Assembly: GCA_965279375.1 (NCBI GenBank)
Contig: OZ257156.1
Location: 3,136,001-3,200,000 of the forward strand
Direction: 5' to 3'
Length of the DNA: 64,000 nt
Source: Gemmatimonas sp.
Lineage (GTDB): Bacteria; Gemmatimonadota; Gemmatimonadetes; Gemmatimonadales; Gemmatimonadaceae
In this document: one piece after another, positions 49,192-58,599 of the stretch
Numbering within the stretch: the first letter of the stretch is position 1
Layout: each line of letters begins with the position of its first letter
Position numbers and translations under genes: made by a program
Notes under the pieces: model-generated
What the model saw: the letters and a program-made list of their open reading frames with translations, nothing else
Told to the model about the DNA's origin: nothing
Databases searched by the model: none

Positions 49192-49247
49192 GCGTGACAG
49201 CGTGAGCGTGACTTCGTGAACGTGACTTCGTGAGCGTGACCTCGTGA
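49192..49247 (+). repeat. Four tandem copies of a 14-bp unit (RCGTGACnnCGTGA)
   Basis: gcgtgacagcgtga / gcgtgacttcgtga / acgtgacttcgtga / gcgtgacctcgtga. Confidence 0.85.
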
Positions 49248-51226
49248 ACGCGACCGTAAGCGACTCAGGCAGCACCGTTGCAGCTGGCGTCGACGTCGGG
49301 GGCACCTTTACCGATCTTGCGGCGATCGCGCGCGACGGCACGATCCGTACATCGAAGGTCCTCAGTGTGCCGACCGATCGCGCACTGGGCGTGCTCGCGG
49401 CGATCGACGCGTCAGGTATCGCACCCACGGCGATGGCCTTCATCGCGCATGGCACGACGGTTGTCACCAACCTGCTCCTCGAGCGGGCGGGCGCACGCGT
49501 GGTCGCCTGCATCACGAGCGGCTTCACCGATCTGCTGGAACTGCGTCGGCAGGAGCGCGCCGCGCTCTACGACCTGACCAAGCATCATCCCGCGCCGCTC
49601 GTTGCCCGTGCTGACGTCATTGCCGTGCGCGAGCGCATCGTGCCCGAAGGCGTCCAGTTGCCGTTGGATGCCGCTGCAATCGCCGAGGTGGTCGCGGCGG
49701 TGATGGCTCGGGAGGCGGAGACGGTGGCGATCACGCTGCTGCACGCGTACGCGATGCCTGAACATGAGCAAGCGCTGCGCGACGCGCTCGTGAGTGCGCT
49801 GCGCGATGCGGGTGTCACCTGCGATGTGATCTGTTCGCACGACGTACTCCCCGAGATTCGCGAGTATGAACGCCTCGCGACCACCGTGGCCGAGGCGTAT
49901 GCGCGTCCTGCGGTGCGCGCGTACCTGGGCAACCTGCGCGGGCGGCTCGCGGAGCGCGGGTATCCGGCGCCGCGCGTGATGACGTCGGCCGGTGGCACGC
50001 TGTCGGCGGATGATGCCGCGCGGCATGCGGCATCGCTGGCCTTGTCTGGACCTGCGGGCGGCGTGACCGGTGCGGCGGCGATCGCTCGCGCCTTGGGAAT
50101 CAGCGGCGCGCTCACGATCGACATTGGCGGCACTAGCGCAGACGTAGGCCTCATCGACGATGGCGAGCCGCTCGTCGAGCGCGGAGGCCTCGTAGCCGGC
50201 GCGCCCATCGCTTTGCCTCGTGTGCTCGTGGAAGCGGTGGCGGCCGGTGGTGGCAGTCTTGGTTGGATCGACGCGGGCGGCGCACTGCGTGCCGGGCCGG
50301 AGAGCGCGGGCGCGGTGCCGGGGCCCGCTGCGTATGGCCGCGGTGGTCTGCGCCCCACGGTTACCGATGCTCACGTCGTCCTCGGACACGTGGCCGCGGG
50401 CGCGTGGAGCGGTGGCGTCACCATCGACGTGTCGCTGGCGCGCACGGCGATGCAAACCATTGCCGATCCGCTCGGCGTCAGCGTGGAACGTGCCGCCGAA
50501 GCACTCATCGCCACCGCGGATGCGACGATGGCGCGTGCGCTACGCCGCGTCTCGGTGGAGCGAGGTATCGATCCACGTGCCGTTGCCCTGATTGCGTTCG
50601 GCGGCGGCGGTCCGTTGCATGCCTGTGGCCTCGCCGAGCGACTGGGGATGACGCGCATCGTCATTCCACCGCATGCTGGTGTGCTGAGTGCGGTCGGACT
50701 CGCGTTGGCGCCGGAGCGTCGTGAAGGGCTCGCCAGTTTCGTCACGCGCACCGACGCTATCGACGTAGACGTGCTGGCAGCGCTGCTCGCGTCGCAGGCC
50801 GATCGACTTGCGGGCGCATCGGCGGAGGGGCTCACGCCTCGATGGTGGGTGCGCACGCGCTTTGTGGGGCAGGGCTACGAACTCGACATCGCGTGCGCGC
50901 CGGGTGATGGCGGCGCCGACATCGCTCAGCGATTTCTCGATCGGCATCAGGCCCGCACCGGCTTCGTACTCGATCGCGCGGTGGAGTGCATCAGCCTGCG
51001 TACCGCGCTCGTGGGCGAGGCATGGCCGGTGCGCTTTGCGCGCGAAGCGCGTGCCACCGCGCACGGCGACGATGGACTCGGCGACGATCAGGACGATGGC
51101 TACGCACTGTCGCGCACACTGCGCGGTCCGGCGATCGTGCGGCTGCCTGACGCGACGCTGCGCGTGATGCCCGGCTGGCGTGCGCGGACGTTGGAGATCG
51201 GCGGTTGGATGCTGAAGGCCGAGTGA
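49244..51226 (+). CDS. Hydantoinase A / oxoprolinase ATP-binding subunit (HyuA-like)
   Basis: DVGGTFTD, HGTTVVTN, EIREYER, SGPAGG, DIGGTSADV, AGGGS, GPESAGA.PGPA, TVTDA, FGGGGPLHA. Confidence 0.93.
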   Translation: MNATVSDSGSTVAAGVDVGGTFTDLAAIARDGTIRTSKVLSVPTDRALGVLAAIDASGIAPTAMAFIAHGTTVVTNLLLERAGARVVACITSGFTDLLELRRQERAALYDLTKHHPAPLVARADVIAVRERIVPEGVQLPLDAAAIAEVVAAVMAREAETVAITLLHAYAMPEHEQALRDALVSALRDAGVTCDVICSHDVLPEIREYERLATTVAEAYARPAVRAYLGNLRGRLAERGYPAPRVMTSAGGTLSADDAARHAASLALSGPAGGVTGAAAIARALGISGALTIDIGGTSADVGLIDDGEPLVERGGLVAGAPIALPRVLVEAVAAGGGSLGWIDAGGALRAGPESAGAVPGPAAYGRGGLRPTVTDAHVVLGHVAAGAWSGGVTIDVSLARTAMQTIADPLGVSVERAAEALIATADATMARALRRVSVERGIDPRAVALIAFGGGGPLHACGLAERLGMTRIVIPPHAGVLSAVGLALAPERREGLASFVTRTDAIDVDVLAALLASQADRLAGASAEGLTPRWWVRTRFVGQGYELDIACAPGDGGADIAQRFLDRHQARTGFVLDRAVECISLRTALVGEAWPVRFAREARATAHGDDGLGDDQDDGYALSRTLRGPAIVRLPDATLRVMPGWRARTLEIGGWMLKAE

Positions 51227-51894
51227 TGGCGCGCAGCGTTTCGTCGGAGCGCACGCGGATTGTCGGAGTCGCTGTGCCTCCGCTCGTGCCCAACACCGGT
51301 GATGTGCGCGTGCTTCTCGTTGGCGAAGCGCCGGGCCCACGTGGCGCCGACAAGAGCGGCGTGCCCTTCTTTGGCGACGCGGCGGGCAAGCATCTCTATG
51401 CGGCGCTGCAATCGTTGGGTGCGATCTCGCTGCCGGACGCTGTCGGTGCGCTGGCATGGGATGGCAGTCTCTTCGCCAATGCTGGCCTGCGGCCAACGGC
51501 GCACGGCGTCGCGCTGGGCAATGCGTTCGATCGTTGCCCCACAGACGATGGTACCTCGTTCCGTGCGCCCACCAAACGCGAACTGGAAGGCCCCGACAAC
51601 ATCGCGCGACTGTCGCGCGAGCTACAGGCGCTGTCGGCGCGCGGCCTGACGGGCGTTGTCACGATGGGGCGCGTTGCTACGTCGACGATCGACGCGGTGC
51701 TCGCCGCGTTTCCGATGCCAACGCTGGTCCGGCGTGCGGTGCCGCATCCGTCAGCACAGGGGTTGCTCTCCATGGCGCCAGATAGAGGACGCGGCGCGCG
51801 CATGGCCGACCTGCAGCGCGACTGGCAACAGCGACTGTGTGATGCAGTGATCGAGGCCGGATTCAACGCCGACGTGCACGGGAGCCGCGCATGA
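51226..51894 (+). CDS. Uracil-DNA glycosylase superfamily protein (atypical, family 4/5-like)
   Basis: Motif A 'LLVGEAPGPRGADKSGVPFFGDAAG', motif B 'VPHPS'; TGATG and ATGA overlaps with neighbours. Confidence 0.82.
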   Translation: MARSVSSERTRIVGVAVPPLVPNTGDVRVLLVGEAPGPRGADKSGVPFFGDAAGKHLYAALQSLGAISLPDAVGALAWDGSLFANAGLRPTAHGVALGNAFDRCPTDDGTSFRAPTKRELEGPDNIARLSRELQALSARGLTGVVTMGRVATSTIDAVLAAFPMPTLVRRAVPHPSAQGLLSMAPDRGRGARMADLQRDWQQRLCDAVIEAGFNADVHGSRA

Positions 51895-53459
51895 CCAGTC
51901 CGCGCTTCGATACGCTCGAGCTGACGGTTTTCGCGCAGGGTGTGTCGATGCTGGCAGAAGAGATGGGCAGCCTGCTCGAACGCAGCGCGATCTCGCCAAA
52001 CATTCGCGAGCGGCGTGATGCCTCGTGCGCACTGTTCGATGCGGACGGGCGCATGGTCGCGCAGGCCGCGCATATCCCCGTACATCTGGGCGCGATGCCC
52101 GAGTCGGTCGCGGCGGTGCGTGCTGTCGGCGCCGCGCCCGGTGATCTCTTTCTGCTCAACGATCCGTCGCACGGCGGGTCGCATCTCCCCGACCTAACCA
52201 TGGTCGAGGTCATCGCCGACCCAAACGATGCGTCGCGCATCATCGGCTACGTTGCCGTGCGTGCGCACCACGCCGATGTGGGCGGCATGAGCCCGGGCAG
52301 CATGCCGTTTGGCGCGACGGAGCTCTTTCAGGAAGGGTTGATCGTACCGCCGGTCCGTCTCGAACGCGGAGGCGTCGCGCAGGAGGACGTCATGCGACTC
52401 GTGCTAGCCAACGTGCGCACACCGTCCGAGCGCGAGGGTGATCTGCGCGCGCAGCGCGCGGCGTGCGCGGCTGGACGTGATGGGTGGCAGGCGCTCTATC
52501 AGCGGCTCGGCGCCGCAACGCTGCAGGACGCAATCGACGCGCTGCTCGACTACACCGAGCGTCGCGTGCGCGCGCGGCTTGCACTGCTGGACGGCGCGGT
52601 GGGTCGCGCCGCTGATGCACTCGAAGGCGATGGCGTGTCCGATGCACCAATTCCCGTCGTCGTCGCGGTGCGCATCGCCGACAGTACGCTGCATCTCGAT
52701 CTCACGGGCACGTCACCCGCTGTGCGCGGCAACGTAAACGCACCGCCAGCAGTCGCGCGTGCTGCTGCCGTGTTCGTGCTACGTGTGCTCTGCGACGACG
52801 ACGTGCCGGTGAACGACGGTGTCGCGCGCGCGCTCACGCTCGTCATTCCCGACGATTGCGTGGCCAACGCAAAGCGGCCGAGTGCCGTGGCGGCGGGCAA
52901 TGTGGAGCTGTCGCAGCGCATGACGGATGTCTGCTTCGCCGCGCTCGCCGATGCCGCCGCATCGGTCGGCGCGCACGACCTCCCGATTCCGGCGTGCGGT
53001 CAGGGCACGATGAACAACGTCACCCTGGGCGCGCCGGGCTGGAGCTTCTACGAGACACTCGGCGGCGGACAAGGTGCAAGTGTGCGCGGCGACGGACCCG
53101 ACGCGGTTCATGTGGGGATGAGCAACACGCGCAACACGCCGGTGGAATCGTTGGAGCGCGCGTATCCGCTGCGCGTGGTGGAGTACGCCGTGCGGCGTGG
53201 CAGCGGTGGCGCTGGTGCACACCGCGGTGGCGACGGCGTCATTCGTCGCTACGAGGCACGCGTACCGTGCACCGCCACCTTGCTGACGGAACGTCGCGTG
53301 GTGGCACCGCCGGGCGCGCGTGGTGGCGACGCGGGTGCACGTGGTCGCAATCTGCTCAACGGCGCACCGCTGCCGGCCAAGTGCCGAGTGGCGATGGACG
53401 TGGGCGATGTGTTGACGATCGAGACGCCGGGCGGCGGCGGGTACGGCGCGACTTCGTAG
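51891..53459 (+). CDS. Hydantoinase B / oxoprolinase catalytic subunit (HyuB-like)
   Basis: SPNIRERRDASC, HIPVHLG, NDP..GGSHLPD, AHHADVGG, GTMNN, YETLGGG, NTPVE, ETPGGGGYG. Confidence 0.93.
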   Translation: MTSPRFDTLELTVFAQGVSMLAEEMGSLLERSAISPNIRERRDASCALFDADGRMVAQAAHIPVHLGAMPESVAAVRAVGAAPGDLFLLNDPSHGGSHLPDLTMVEVIADPNDASRIIGYVAVRAHHADVGGMSPGSMPFGATELFQEGLIVPPVRLERGGVAQEDVMRLVLANVRTPSEREGDLRAQRAACAAGRDGWQALYQRLGAATLQDAIDALLDYTERRVRARLALLDGAVGRAADALEGDGVSDAPIPVVVAVRIADSTLHLDLTGTSPAVRGNVNAPPAVARAAAVFVLRVLCDDDVPVNDGVARALTLVIPDDCVANAKRPSAVAAGNVELSQRMTDVCFAALADAAASVGAHDLPIPACGQGTMNNVTLGAPGWSFYETLGGGQGASVRGDGPDAVHVGMSNTRNTPVESLERAYPLRVVEYAVRRGSGGAGAHRGGDGVIRRYEARVPCTATLLTERRVVAPPGARGGDAGARGRNLLNGAPLPAKCRVAMDVGDVLTIETPGGGGYGATS

Positions 53460-53506
53460 CTCGGGCCGAGACCGTCTCCGGAAGGGTGAGGGGGCGTGAG
53501 GTGAGC

Positions 53507-53524
53507 GCCCCGCCGGGGCATTTT
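53507..53524 (+). terminator. Possible weak intrinsic terminator after hyuB
   Basis: gcccc-gcc-ggggc followed by atttt. Confidence 0.3.
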
Positions 53525-53579
53525 GCTGGCCGGGGACAGCCGGACTCGCGCCGGGACGGACGCGAGGTAACGTACAAGC

Positions 53580-54602
53580 ATGTCCATTCGCTTCCTCTCC
53601 GAGATGGCGTTGCGTGTCTGGCCTGCGCTCCTGCTCGCCGCCGGTCCGCAGACGGTGGCAGGCACCGTGGTCGCGTCGAACATGAATGCCGCGAGCGTCT
53701 CCATCGTCGATGTCGCCAGTGGTGCGACGCTCGCCACCATTCCCACCGGCGAAGGACCGCACGAGGTGGCCGTCTCGCACGACGGTCGTACCGCCGTCGT
53801 CAGCATCTACGGCAATCGAGCCGCCATCGGCAGTTCGCTGCTCATCATCGACCTGTCGGCGCCGGCACGCACGCGCACGATCGAGCTGGGGCCGGGCAAC
53901 CAGCGTCCACATGGGCTCGCATTCCTGCCCGGCGATCGCACGCTTCTGGTGACCGGTGAGCGTGCGCAGCGTGTACTCGCCGTGGACATCGCGTCGGGTG
54001 TCATCGACTCCTCCGTCACGACGGGGCAGGCCACCACGCACATGGTGGCCACGACCGAGAACGGCTCGCGCGCGTATACGACCAACATCGCCGCCATGAC
54101 CGTCAGCGCCATCGAAGTGGCTGATCGACGCGTGCGCGCGACCTTTCCGGTGATGGCGCGCATCGAAGGCATTGCCGTCACACCGAGCGGCAGTGAAGTG
54201 TGGGTGGGCGGAAACGAATCGCATGCCGTCTACGTGCTGGACGGCGAGACAGGCGCCATCCTGCACACGCTCAGCGGTTTCGGCATGGCGTATCGCATCG
54301 GGATCACGCCGGACGGTCGCACAGCGGTCGTGTCCGATCCCGGCGCCGAGAAGATTCACCTCGTGGACGTCGCCACACACGCCGTGCGCGCGGTCATCGA
54401 CGTGCCGCCAATGGCCGATGGCCAACCGTCTTCGCCGCAGGGGGTGACGGTCGCACGCGATGGACGCACCGCGTTCGTCACGCTCAAGGCGGCAGCGAAG
54501 GTGGCGGTGGTTGATCTGACGAGTGCGCGCATCGTGAAAACGCTGCCGGTCGGCGCGGGCTCCGATGGCGTGGGCTTCTCGCCGCGCGTCTTCGCGCGCT
54601 GA
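53580..54602 (+). CDS. YncE/YVTN-type beta-propeller exported protein
   Basis: Repeats 'TIPTGEGPHEVAVSHDG', 'IAVTPSG', 'IGITPDG', 'VTVARDG'. Confidence 0.85.
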   Translation: MSIRFLSEMALRVWPALLLAAGPQTVAGTVVASNMNAASVSIVDVASGATLATIPTGEGPHEVAVSHDGRTAVVSIYGNRAAIGSSLLIIDLSAPARTRTIELGPGNQRPHGLAFLPGDRTLLVTGERAQRVLAVDIASGVIDSSVTTGQATTHMVATTENGSRAYTTNIAAMTVSAIEVADRRVRATFPVMARIEGIAVTPSGSEVWVGGNESHAVYVLDGETGAILHTLSGFGMAYRIGITPDGRTAVVSDPGAEKIHLVDVATHAVRAVIDVPPMADGQPSSPQGVTVARDGRTAFVTLKAAAKVAVVDLTSARIVKTLPVGAGSDGVGFSPRVFAR

Positions 54603-54606
54603 TGAC

Positions 54607-55371
54607 ATGCCGCGGCTGAGTGTGCGCAGTGGCGCCGGCCGCGGTGCACTCGTCACTTGCGCGATCGCGTTGTTCGCGGTGGTGCTGGGCGCAACGCGCG
54701 TCTACTCCCAGCGGCGCATGTTCATTGAGCCGAATGCCGCGTACGACGGTCGCTACACGTTCGTGCGGCTACGCTATCAGGTCTATCGTCGCAGTGGATG
54801 GGAATTCGACTATCCCGCCATGGAGCGCAACTTCATGACGATCGTGAAGGATCTGACGACGCTCCGGCCACACGTGGCCGAGTCCAATGTGCACGACATG
54901 GACGACCCGGAGCTGGCGCGCTACTCCATCGCGTATCTCTCGGAGCCGGGCAATTGGGTTCCCAATCCCTCGGAAGCGCTCGGGCTGCGCACGTGGCTTG
55001 CGAAGGGCGGCTTCCTGATCGTCGACGACTTCTACGGCGGCCAGTGGGCCAACTTCGAACGCTCGATGAAGCAGGTGCTCCCCGAGGCGCGTATCGTCAA
55101 GCTCGACGTCACGCACCCGATCTTCGATTCGTTCTTTCACATCAAGTCGCTGCAGGGCATGTCGCACCCCGACAATGCCAACTGGAAGGCGGAGTTCCTT
55201 GGCATCTATGAGGACAACGATCCGTCCAAGCGCCTGATGGTGATCATCAACTACAACAACGACATCGGCGACTACATGGAGTGGTCAGGGCAGGGATGGT
55301 ACGCCGTCAACCTCTCCAACGATGCGTACAAGTTCGCCACGAACTATCTCGTCTACGCACTGACGCACTGA
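54607..55371 (+). CDS. DUF4159 domain protein
   Basis: 'FVRLRY', 'WEFDYP', 'GGFLIVDDF', 'HPIFDSFF', 'NNDIGDYME', 'NYLVYALTH'. Confidence 0.85.
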   Translation: MPRLSVRSGAGRGALVTCAIALFAVVLGATRVYSQRRMFIEPNAAYDGRYTFVRLRYQVYRRSGWEFDYPAMERNFMTIVKDLTTLRPHVAESNVHDMDDPELARYSIAYLSEPGNWVPNPSEALGLRTWLAKGGFLIVDDFYGGQWANFERSMKQVLPEARIVKLDVTHPIFDSFFHIKSLQGMSHPDNANWKAEFLGIYEDNDPSKRLMVIINYNNDIGDYMEWSGQGWYAVNLSNDAYKFATNYLVYALTH

Positions 55372-55393
55372 GATCCGTCGTTAGACGGCCGCG

Positions 55394-55873
55394 TCAGGTT
55401 GGCTTGTAGATCATCACCCACACCGCGGCCACCAGCGGTATCGTGGCGATGATCCCCCACACGATCCAGCGCTGTGCGTCGCGCTGGTAGGCGGCGGGAA
55501 TCTCACCGCCATTCGCGAATGCGCGGGCCATGCGCGCTTGGCGTACCTGCGCCGGCACGAGAATGAACAGCCAGATCGCGCCTGATACCCCGAAGAGCAT
55601 TTCGCCCCAGAGCAACCACTTCGATCCGATGGGGGACATGCCGCCCGTCCACGTGGCGCCGAACCCGCCCACCATGATGAGGATGATACCCGTCACCGTC
55701 ATCGACCAGTCGGTGATGGTCACCAGGCGCTGACCGAAGGCGACGATGCGCGGGTCTTTCGAACGGTCAGCGAAGACCTTCCAGACAGCGGTGACCGTGA
55801 CGTTGCCGAGGATGAGGATGACCCCGAGCACGTGCAGCCACTTGAAGAAGAGATAGGACACAGGACGCAGCAT
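55394..55873 (-). CDS. DUF2269-like integral membrane protein
   Basis: 'KWLHVLGVILILG', 'DW..T', C-term 'MIYKP'; start trimmed. Confidence 0.75.
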   Translation of the reverse strand: MLRPVSYLFFKWLHVLGVILILGNVTVTAVWKVFADRSKDPRIVAFGQRLVTITDWSMTVTGIILIMVGGFGATWTGGMSPIGSKWLLWGEMLFGVSGAIWLFILVPAQVRQARMARAFANGGEIPAAYQRDAQRWIVWGIIATIPLVAAVWVMIYKPT

Positions 55874-55992
55874 AGCAGCGGGTACGGCTGAGCGCCTCCC
55901 CTGTGCCGATCGTCTGCGGAACTCTGCATATTCCTGCGCCAAGCGGTTCGCTCTATCCCGTCGCGCCGTCGATACCGAAACCAGGACCTCGC

Positions 55993-56508
55993 ATGCCTCG
56001 CAATACTTCGCTCGACGTGCAAGCGCTCGTGCGCCCGAACTTCTACTTCGGGCAGTTGATCACGGCCGACGACCTGGCCGCTGAGCAGCGCTACCAACGC
56101 GACCGCGTGCGTCGGCACAACAGACTGGCGCATGGTGCTGGCGTCGTTGTGGGACTCGACGTGCGTACATCTGGCAATGATCTCGTCGTGAGCCCCGGTC
56201 TCGCGTTCGATGCCAACGGCGACGAGATCGTGGTGGACGCGGAGCGTCGCGTACCGGCGGGTGGTCGCGCGGAGACGTTGTCTCGCTACCTCATCGTGCG
56301 CGTCGCCGAAACACTCGAGTCACCGGTGTCCGTCCTCACCGACGGCGAGAGCGTCACGGATTTCGCGCGGGTTCGCGAAGCCGTCACGTTCTCGATCGCG
56401 GCAGGGGAGCCACGCGCTCCCGACGCGGGAGTTGCGTTGGCTCGGATTGTCTGGCGTGCGTCAAAGTGGCGCGTGGATCTCCGCTATCGGCGCGCCAAGG
56501 TGAAGTAG
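55993..56508 (+). CDS. Hypothetical protein resembling the N-terminal anchor domain of contractile-injection-system/phage tail-fibre proteins
   Basis: 'RPNFYFGQLITADDLAAEQRY...HNRLAHGAGVVVGLDV...VSPGLAFDANGDEI'; AGGA upstream. Confidence 0.65.
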   Translation: MPRNTSLDVQALVRPNFYFGQLITADDLAAEQRYQRDRVRRHNRLAHGAGVVVGLDVRTSGNDLVVSPGLAFDANGDEIVVDAERRVPAGGRAETLSRYLIVRVAETLESPVSVLTDGESVTDFARVREAVTFSIAAGEPRAPDAGVALARIVWRASKWRVDLRYRRAKVK

Positions 56509-56523
56509 CGCACCGCCGAGCGT

Positions 56524-56892
56524 CTACGCACGCGCGATCTGCAGCACGTTCCCCTCGGGGTCCAACATATCGCGCGAATTCGGCATGCGCTCGGCCAACA
56601 GCACCGCACCGGCTGCCTCGAGTCGTGCGCACACCGCGTCCAACGCTTCCGCTGTCTGAAAGATCAACTTGTACGGTGTCTCGCTGCGCTCCGTCGCCGG
56701 CTGCGTGAGCACGATGTCCGCCGCGTACTGCGGCGGTATCTGATGAAGGGCGAATTGCGTCCCGTCGGCATCGAAGACGGACCAGCCTGGGCTCGAGGCC
56801 GCAGGAAGTGGTGGCAACCCGAGCGCGTTGCCGTAGAAGTCGGACATCCGGTCGATGTCCACGACGTAGAGCATGGCGAGGCTGAGCTTCAT
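56524..56892 (-). CDS. VOC/glyoxalase family protein
   Basis: 'LYVVDIDRMSDFYGNALGL', 'DPEGNVLQI'. Confidence 0.85.
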   Translation of the reverse strand: MKLSLAMLYVVDIDRMSDFYGNALGLPPLPAASSPGWSVFDADGTQFALHQIPPQYAADIVLTQPATERSETPYKLIFQTAEALDAVCARLEAAGAVLLAERMPNSRDMLDPEGNVLQIARA

Positions 56893-56982
56893 GGCGGTGA
56901 GATAGGGGCGAGGAAGACGCGCGTGCTCAACACTACGCGCCGATCGGCTCGTTCGCCGCGCCTTGGGCCGCCTTCTGGCGGG

Positions 56983-57621
56983 TCAGCGCCGCACCAGGGC
57001 GAAGACGAAATCGCGCCCGAGGCCGGTGGCCGGTGAGGCAGAGAGGGCGATCCAGAGCATGGCCACACGCTCGAGCTCGCGAGCACGGTGCAGCGGCCCC
57101 GCCTGCACGGCCTCGAAACCGATCGACTCCGCCAGCGACGCGACTACCGCGTTCGCGTCCGGATCGTCGCCGGCCACCGCCATCACGCCGCGCGGCGAGA
57201 AGGTGGTCGCCACGGCCACGACGTTCGCGCCCGTCTGGTTGAAGCTCTTCACGAGTCGCGCACCTGGCGACGTAGTGAGCAGGAGCGCTTCGATGCGCTC
57301 CGCATGGGACTCTCCGTTCTCGCCGGTCAGCAGCCGGAGGCCCGGTCCCACAGGATTGGTCGCATCCACGACGATCGCCCCGACACGTAGAAGCCCCGCC
57401 TCCCTGACCGCATCAAACGCCGCTGCCGCCGGCGTCGCGAGCACCAAGAGCTCCAAGTCGGCTGCGGCGTCTCGTACTCCTGCCACCTCCGCGAACGCGG
57501 CGAGTTCGGGCGATGCGGCCGCCGCGTCACGGACGCCGAACACGATGGTGTGTCCGGCGGACGCCAAGCCACGACCGAGTGCGGTGCCCAGCTTTCCGGC
57601 CCCAAGAATTGCGATGCGCAC
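56983..57621 (-). CDS. NADPH-dependent F420-reductase-like dinucleotide-binding oxidoreductase
   Basis: AAGGAG RBS then GTG 57621; GAGKLG, DATNP, VKSFN, AGDD. Confidence 0.85.
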   Translation of the reverse strand: MRIAILGAGKLGTALGRGLASAGHTIVFGVRDAAAASPELAAFAEVAGVRDAAADLELLVLATPAAAAFDAVREAGLLRVGAIVVDATNPVGPGLRLLTGENGESHAERIEALLLTTSPGARLVKSFNQTGANVVAVATTFSPRGVMAVAGDDPDANAVVASLAESIGFEAVQAGPLHRARELERVAMLWIALSASPATGLGRDFVFALVRR

Positions 57622-57712
57622 TACGCGCTCCTTCGCGCCGTGCGGCGCGTGAATGGAATCAGGAATCCGAACCGCAAGAGAATCAACATCGGAGGTGGCA
57701 CGCCCCGTTTCC

Positions 57713-58483
57713 TCAGACGCCCAGTGCCTCGATGACGGCCTGCGCCGTTTCGGCGCCAGAGAAATTCTGCTGCCCAGTGATGAGATTGCCGTCGCGAACG
57801 GCAAAGCCGCGCCATAGTCCTACCTGCACGTAGTTGGCGCCCAGGGCCTTGAGCTCGTCTTCGATACGCCATGGCATGACATGCGTGTCACGCGAAAGCG
57901 CACCCATCTCCCAGACGGCATTGTCGGCGAAATCCTCCTCGACATTCGCGAACCCGGTGACGGTCTTGCCGCGCACAAGCGGATCGCCATTCGCGAGTCT
58001 CGCGTAGCGCAGGATGGCCGTCCCATGACACAACGCGGCGGTGACCTTTCCGCTCTCGTAGAACGCACTGAAGACGCGATGCAGATCGGTCGCATCCGCG
58101 AAGGTGAACATCGGCCCCTGTCCTCCGGCGACCACCAGCGCGTCGAATCGCGCCATGTCGAGCGACGCGATGGGCGTCGTGCGTTCGATCACGGCGGCCA
58201 ACGCTGGGGTTGCGATGAATCCCATCGAGATCAGGTCACCCGCCGAATAGCCGCTCGCATCGCGTGGGTCGCTCATGGCATCGGCTGCGCAGGCACCACC
58301 CGCGGGACTGAAGATCTCGACTTCGTATCCACGCTCGTGAAACGCGTGGTAAGGGTGGCTCAACTCACTCCACCAGAAGCCGACGGGCCAGCCGGTCGTG
58401 CTCGACACCGCGGGGTTGGAAATGACAATGGCAACGCGTTTGGGATGACGTGCATTGACCGGATTGGGATCGCGCAGACTCAT
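57713..58483 (-). CDS. DJ-1/PfpI (class I GATase-like) protein
   Basis: 'GFWWSELSHPY', 'AGGQGPM', 'ALCHG', 'TGF..EE', 'ITGQQN'. Confidence 0.88.
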   Translation of the reverse strand: MSLRDPNPVNARHPKRVAIVISNPAVSSTTGWPVGFWWSELSHPYHAFHERGYEVEIFSPAGGACAADAMSDPRDASGYSAGDLISMGFIATPALAAVIERTTPIASLDMARFDALVVAGGQGPMFTFADATDLHRVFSAFYESGKVTAALCHGTAILRYARLANGDPLVRGKTVTGFANVEEDFADNAVWEMGALSRDTHVMPWRIEDELKALGANYVQVGLWRGFAVRDGNLITGQQNFSGAETAQAVIEALGV

Positions 58484-58599
58484 GGGAGCACCGACTCAGG
58501 CGTGAGGTGAACGGGCGTGTACATCACACGGCGCTGGACATCAACGCGGCACGCTACCATGCTCCAGAGTTGTCCAGCAAGACGGTACTCAATTGTGCT

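Noticed and set aside
49192..49247. Possible CRISPR array
   Set aside because: Units are 14 bp and directly adjacent, with no spacers and no cas genes.
52779..54656. 625-aa minus-strand ORF with apparent repeats
   Set aside because: Antisense to the beta-propeller gene and hyuB; its periodicity mirrors the propeller blades.
57700..57716. TGGCACG sigma54-like -24 element
   Set aside because: No GC at the -12 position, and it points against the local minus-strand genes.
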